A stretch of DNA of 64,000 bases from Verrucomicrobiota bacterium (GTDB taxonomy: Bacteria > Verrucomicrobiota > Verrucomicrobiia > Limisphaerales > AAA164-E04), in assembly GCA_047947115.1 (NCBI GenBank), contig CP170459.1:2848001-2912000 (forward strand), in the 5' to 3' direction. Below, piece after piece: positions 60,598 to 64,000 of the stretch. Below the pieces are notes generated by a model that was not told where the DNA came from, did no database searches, and worked only from the letters and a program-made list of their open reading frames with translations. Each line of letters opens with the position of its first letter. Within the stretch, counting starts at the first letter, position 1. The position numbers were made by a program, and so were the translations under genes.

Positions 60598-61886
60598 CGG
60601 CTGCCAATGGAGGAGGTGATCTGGAACATGGCGGAAAGGATGCTGAACAGCAATCCTCCGACCCCGATCGCCATCAGGATGATCATGGCCGGTTCGACCA
60701 GATTTGTCATGACACGCAAGGCGATGGTCAGTTCGTTTTCATACGTTTCCGCCACGCTTTGCAGGGAGCCGGGAACGTCGCCGGTTTCCTCACCAATTTT
60801 GATCAGGTCGATCATCAATTGAGGAAACACCTTGCTGCGGGCCAGTGGCTGGGAAATGGTTTTACCGTCAGTCACATCCTCGCGCGTTTTGGCGATTGCT
60901 TCTGCCAGGACCACGTTCGGAATGACTTTTTCCGTGATTTTCAAAGCTGTCAGGACGGGGACGCCGTTTTTCAACAGCGTCGCCAGAGTGCGGGCGAACT
61001 GGCTGAACAAGTTCAATTTAAATACCTTACCAATGACTGGAAGTGTCAGTTTCCAACGGTCGATGGCTTGCCGGCCTGACGGGTTTGAGCGGAATCGTTG
61101 GTAAAAGATCATGAACACCACCAACACCAACGGAGCCAGCCACCAGTAGGTCGCGGAAATCCGACTGATCGTGATCAAAGCCTGCGTTGAGGCGGGCAGG
61201 GGAACTTTCATGTCGGTGAAAATCTGCGTGAATTTCGGAAGGATCACCGTCATGAACAACGCGATGATCCCCACGCCCACCGAGCCCACGATAACCGGAT
61301 AGATCAAGGCCGAGACAAACTTTTGCCGCACTTCAGCAAATCGTTCGAAATGATCCGCCAGTCGTTGCAGAACCTCTTCCAGAGCGCCGCTTTGTTCCCC
61401 GGCACGGATCATGTTGATGTAGAGGTCGGTAAAGATATGGGGCTGCTTGGCCATGGCGTCGGAAAGGCCTTTTCCTTCCATGACGTCCTGACGCAATTGT
61501 TGGCTGACTTCCTGCGGAATGCCTTTGGATTCCAGATGGCTCATGCTGTTGAGCGCTACGGTCAGGGGCATGCCGGAATGGAGGAGATTGGCCAATTGCT
61601 GGGTATATGTTGCAAGTTCCTGTAGTTTTGGTTTGCGTTTGCGGCTGAATATCTCGCGCAGGATCGGGGGAGCGGAACCTTCGTTGGCGGCCGCTGTAGC
61701 GCGACCACGTGGCGAACGCACCTGTTTTGCTGCTTTGGCGCCCTTGCCCTTCACGGCGTCCAACGCTATGGGCAACAAGCCTTCACGCTCGATCTGCGAC
61801 AAGGCCGCCGACCGATCCGGGACATCAATCACTCCCTGAACCAGTTCGCCGCTTCGCTTGCGCGCTTTGTAGGAAAATTGTGGCAT
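60594..61886 (-). CDS. gspF: T2SS/T4P inner-membrane platform protein GspF/PilC
   Basis: MPQFSYKA, QLANLLHSGMPL, AGEQSGAL, ALIYP, GEETG, LVEP. Confidence 0.9.
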   Translation of the reverse strand: MPQFSYKARKRSGELVQGVIDVPDRSAALSQIEREGLLPIALDAVKGKGAKAAKQVRSPRGRATAAANEGSAPPILREIFSRKRKPKLQELATYTQQLANLLHSGMPLTVALNSMSHLESKGIPQEVSQQLRQDVMEGKGLSDAMAKQPHIFTDLYINMIRAGEQSGALEEVLQRLADHFERFAEVRQKFVSALIYPVIVGSVGVGIIALFMTVILPKFTQIFTDMKVPLPASTQALITISRISATYWWLAPLVLVVFMIFYQRFRSNPSGRQAIDRWKLTLPVIGKVFKLNLFSQFARTLATLLKNGVPVLTALKITEKVIPNVVLAEAIAKTREDVTDGKTISQPLARSKVFPQLMIDLIKIGEETGDVPGSLQSVAETYENELTIALRVMTNLVEPAMIILMAIGVGGLLFSILSAMFQITSSIGSR

Positions 61887-62019
61887 AAACCTTTAATCTA
61901 ATGAACACGCGACGCATGCAAAGTTGCGCCCGAGCCCACTTTAAGCCGGCCAGCAGGCAGGTCAAGATGTTCCAAGTGCTTCAAATCGTGACTTGCACCA
62001 CAACAGCCCGACCTTTTTC

Positions 62020-63408
62020 TCACTTGCCGAGGCAGAATTGGCTGAAGATGGAGTCCAGAAGATCTTCAGTGGTGGTTTCTCCAACAATTTCCCCAATGGC
62101 CCCGACCGCAATGCGCAGGTCCATCGCTATGAGTTCCAGCTCCAAATCGTTTTCCAGTCCGGTCCGGACGGTTTCAAGTGCCGTCTTGGATCGGCTGAGC
62201 GCGTCCTGATGTCGGCTGTTGATCATCACCTCCAACATCTCAGCCGATATTTCTCCGGACCATACCATGTCTCGAATGGCGTCTTTGAGGGGCTCCAGTC
62301 CGGCCCCGGTTTCACAGGAAACCTCAATCCAGGCATGTTTTTTTTCTTCACGGAGTGAGGGGTGGCTTTCCAGATCCGATTTATTAAGGATGTGAAGGCA
62401 GGCTTTCAGATGCTGCTTGTCCAGAAAGGCCAGGTCCTCTTCATGCAATGCGGCAATACCGTCCACAACGTGGAGTACGAGTTCGGCCTGCTCGATGCTT
62501 TTTCGGCTGCGACGGATACCTTCCTGTTCGATCACATCACTGGATTCGCGCAGACCTGCCGTATCAATAAAAATAATCGGTATCCCTCGAATGCTGGCGG
62601 TTTCTTCAATGGTGTCTCGAGTGGTGCCTTCGACATGGGACACGATTGCTCGATCGTGCCCGAGGAGCTGGTTCAGCAGGCTGGATTTACCGGCGTTGGG
62701 CCGGCCCACGATGGCTGCCCGGATGCCCCGTCTCAGGATGCGCCCCTCACGGGCGGTTGCCAACAGACGTGACATGAAATCCAGTGAGAACTGGAGTCGA
62801 TCCACCATTTGAGTGCGTGTATCCGGCGAAATATCTTCATCGGGAAAGTCGATGTGTGCCTCAATGTGAGCAAGCAGGGACATCAACTGGTTGCGCAGTT
62901 CCCTGATTCGTTGACTTAATTTACCTGCGAGTTGTTCGTTGGCGGCGGTGAGGGCGAGTTCGGTGCGGGAATGGATCACATCCGCGACCGCTTCGGCTTG
63001 GGTCAGGTCGATGCGACCGTTCAGAAAGGCTCTGAGGGTGAATTCACCCGGTTCCGCCAGTCGCGCTCCCTTTTCAAGGAGTGTATCCAGAACCATCTTT
63101 GCCGGCAGAGTGCCTCCGTGTGTGGATATTTCCACCACGTCTTCACGTGTAAACGTGCGAGGCGCCTTGAAAACACTGACCATGACTTCGTCCACGGTTT
63201 TGCCATCCTGTTCAATTCTTCCGTATTGGATGGTGTGTGTGGAGGCCAGTGATGGCTTGAGGGATGACTTGCCGATGGGGGCGAACACGGCATCCACGAT
63301 GTGCAAGGCTTGTTTTCCTGATACACGGATGACCGCCAACCCTGCTTCACCCATGGGGGTGGCGATGGCGGCGATGGTGTCGTTGATCGTCTGATGGGGG
63401 CGGTCCAT
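62020..63408 (-). CDS. mnmE: tRNA modification GTPase MnmE
   Basis: DTIAAIATP, GEFTLRAFLNGRIDL, GRPNAGKSS, GTTRD, DTAG, NKSD, FCLGK. Confidence 0.96.
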   Translation of the reverse strand: MDRPHQTINDTIAAIATPMGEAGLAVIRVSGKQALHIVDAVFAPIGKSSLKPSLASTHTIQYGRIEQDGKTVDEVMVSVFKAPRTFTREDVVEISTHGGTLPAKMVLDTLLEKGARLAEPGEFTLRAFLNGRIDLTQAEAVADVIHSRTELALTAANEQLAGKLSQRIRELRNQLMSLLAHIEAHIDFPDEDISPDTRTQMVDRLQFSLDFMSRLLATAREGRILRRGIRAAIVGRPNAGKSSLLNQLLGHDRAIVSHVEGTTRDTIEETASIRGIPIIFIDTAGLRESSDVIEQEGIRRSRKSIEQAELVLHVVDGIAALHEEDLAFLDKQHLKACLHILNKSDLESHPSLREEKKHAWIEVSCETGAGLEPLKDAIRDMVWSGEISAEMLEVMINSRHQDALSRSKTALETVRTGLENDLELELIAMDLRIAVGAIGEIVGETTTEDLLDSIFSQFCLGK

Positions 63409-63423
63409 ATGGAAACGAAGGAA

Positions 63424-63684
63424 TTAGTGCCGATGTCCGTGGCAGTTTCCTTGTGCGTTCTCCGCATCGCGTCCCATCAGGAACAATCGGGCTTTTTCGT
63501 AACTTTTTTTGTGCAGGTAGTGGAGCAGGGATGGATCGGTGTCACGTGGAAGCATGGCGGTTTGCTGATCGATTTTTTCGAAAATGCCCATCAGGTTTGG
63601 TTGCCCCTGTTTCGATGCCAGTTGGGCCACGGCCTCTTCGAGTTCGTTCAGGCTTTCCAGAATGTCGGTTTCCAATGTCGTCAT
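63424..63684 (-). CDS. Small hypothetical protein
   Basis: Helical 86-aa ORF with LLHYLHKKSYEKA, 15 bp upstream of mnmE. Confidence 0.65.
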   Translation of the reverse strand: MTTLETDILESLNELEEAVAQLASKQGQPNLMGIFEKIDQQTAMLPRDTDPSLLHYLHKKSYEKARLFLMGRDAENAQGNCHGHRH

Positions 63685-63781
63685 GATGGTTAATGGTATT
63701 CCTTCAATACCCGGATTAATCAATGGCGAAATGTGTCCTTTTTGTGTCCATCTTGGATGAAATTCCTGGTAGCTTGCGCTC

Positions 63782-64000
63782 ATGTGGCTGCGTTTAATTG
63801 CTTTTTTAATGAGTTTCATCGTTTCAGGTTCGATCCATGCCCAGGATACGATTCCATCCATGGCTGAGGCAGGATTGCCTGTTTTTTTGCCTGCAGGTTT
63901 GTCAAATGAAAGGTCGCGTCAGATTTGGGAGTCAACCTGTCGGGAGCAGGTTCTCGCGGCTTTTGAAACCTACGTTTATGGAAAGGCCCCTGAAGGCGGC
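63782..64000 (+). CDS. Secreted protein, 3'-partial; possibly CE15/acetylxylan-esterase-like
   Basis: MWLRLIAFLM...IHA-Q signal; W...REQVLAAFETYVYGKAP resembles the N-terminal motif of that family; open to the window end. Confidence 0.55.
   Translation, partial: MWLRLIAFLMSFIVSGSIHAQDTIPSMAEAGLPVFLPAGLSNERSRQIWESTCREQVLAAFETYVYGKAPEGG

Overview
A mostly core-genome bacterial window. The gene families (LysM inside the dcw cluster, MurC-MurB fusion, DUF1549/DUF1553 + DUF1501 pairs, prepilin/H-X9-DG proteins) point to the PVC superphylum, most likely Verrucomicrobiota; this is an inference. In order: the end of a dcw cluster (LysM, ftsW, murG, murC-murB, ddl, ftsQ, ftsA, ftsZ-like); an ISL3 element; a prepilin-type protein, lipoprotein and ferredoxin; a MacAB-like exporter with two permeases; a DUF1549/1553-DUF1501 pair; ribBA-ribH; an A1-type heme-copper oxidase cluster with a perfect Rex-type operator upstream; a GntP transporter; a prepilin pseudogene; an aminotransferase; a Rieske protein; a BNR-4 protein; TPP riboswitch-thiC; a second DUF1549/1553-DUF1501 pair; a REC-HDOD/GAF signalling pair; tRNA-Lys(CTT); 2-oxoacid dehydrogenase E1a/E1b/E2; a GmhB-like HAD protein; a Gfo/Idh/MocA oxidoreductase; a cation/H+ antiporter; bioD; T2SS-like gspF/H/I/J/K; and mnmE. 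The standout is the ftsZ-position gene. Its GTP-binding signature and catalytic T7 loop are replaced, and a recent ISL3 insertion (8-bp target duplication) cuts off its conserved C-terminal anchoring peptide, while ftsA, ftsQ and ftsW look intact. This suggests division that does not depend on a canonical FtsZ. All calls come from reading motifs by eye; no database searches were run.
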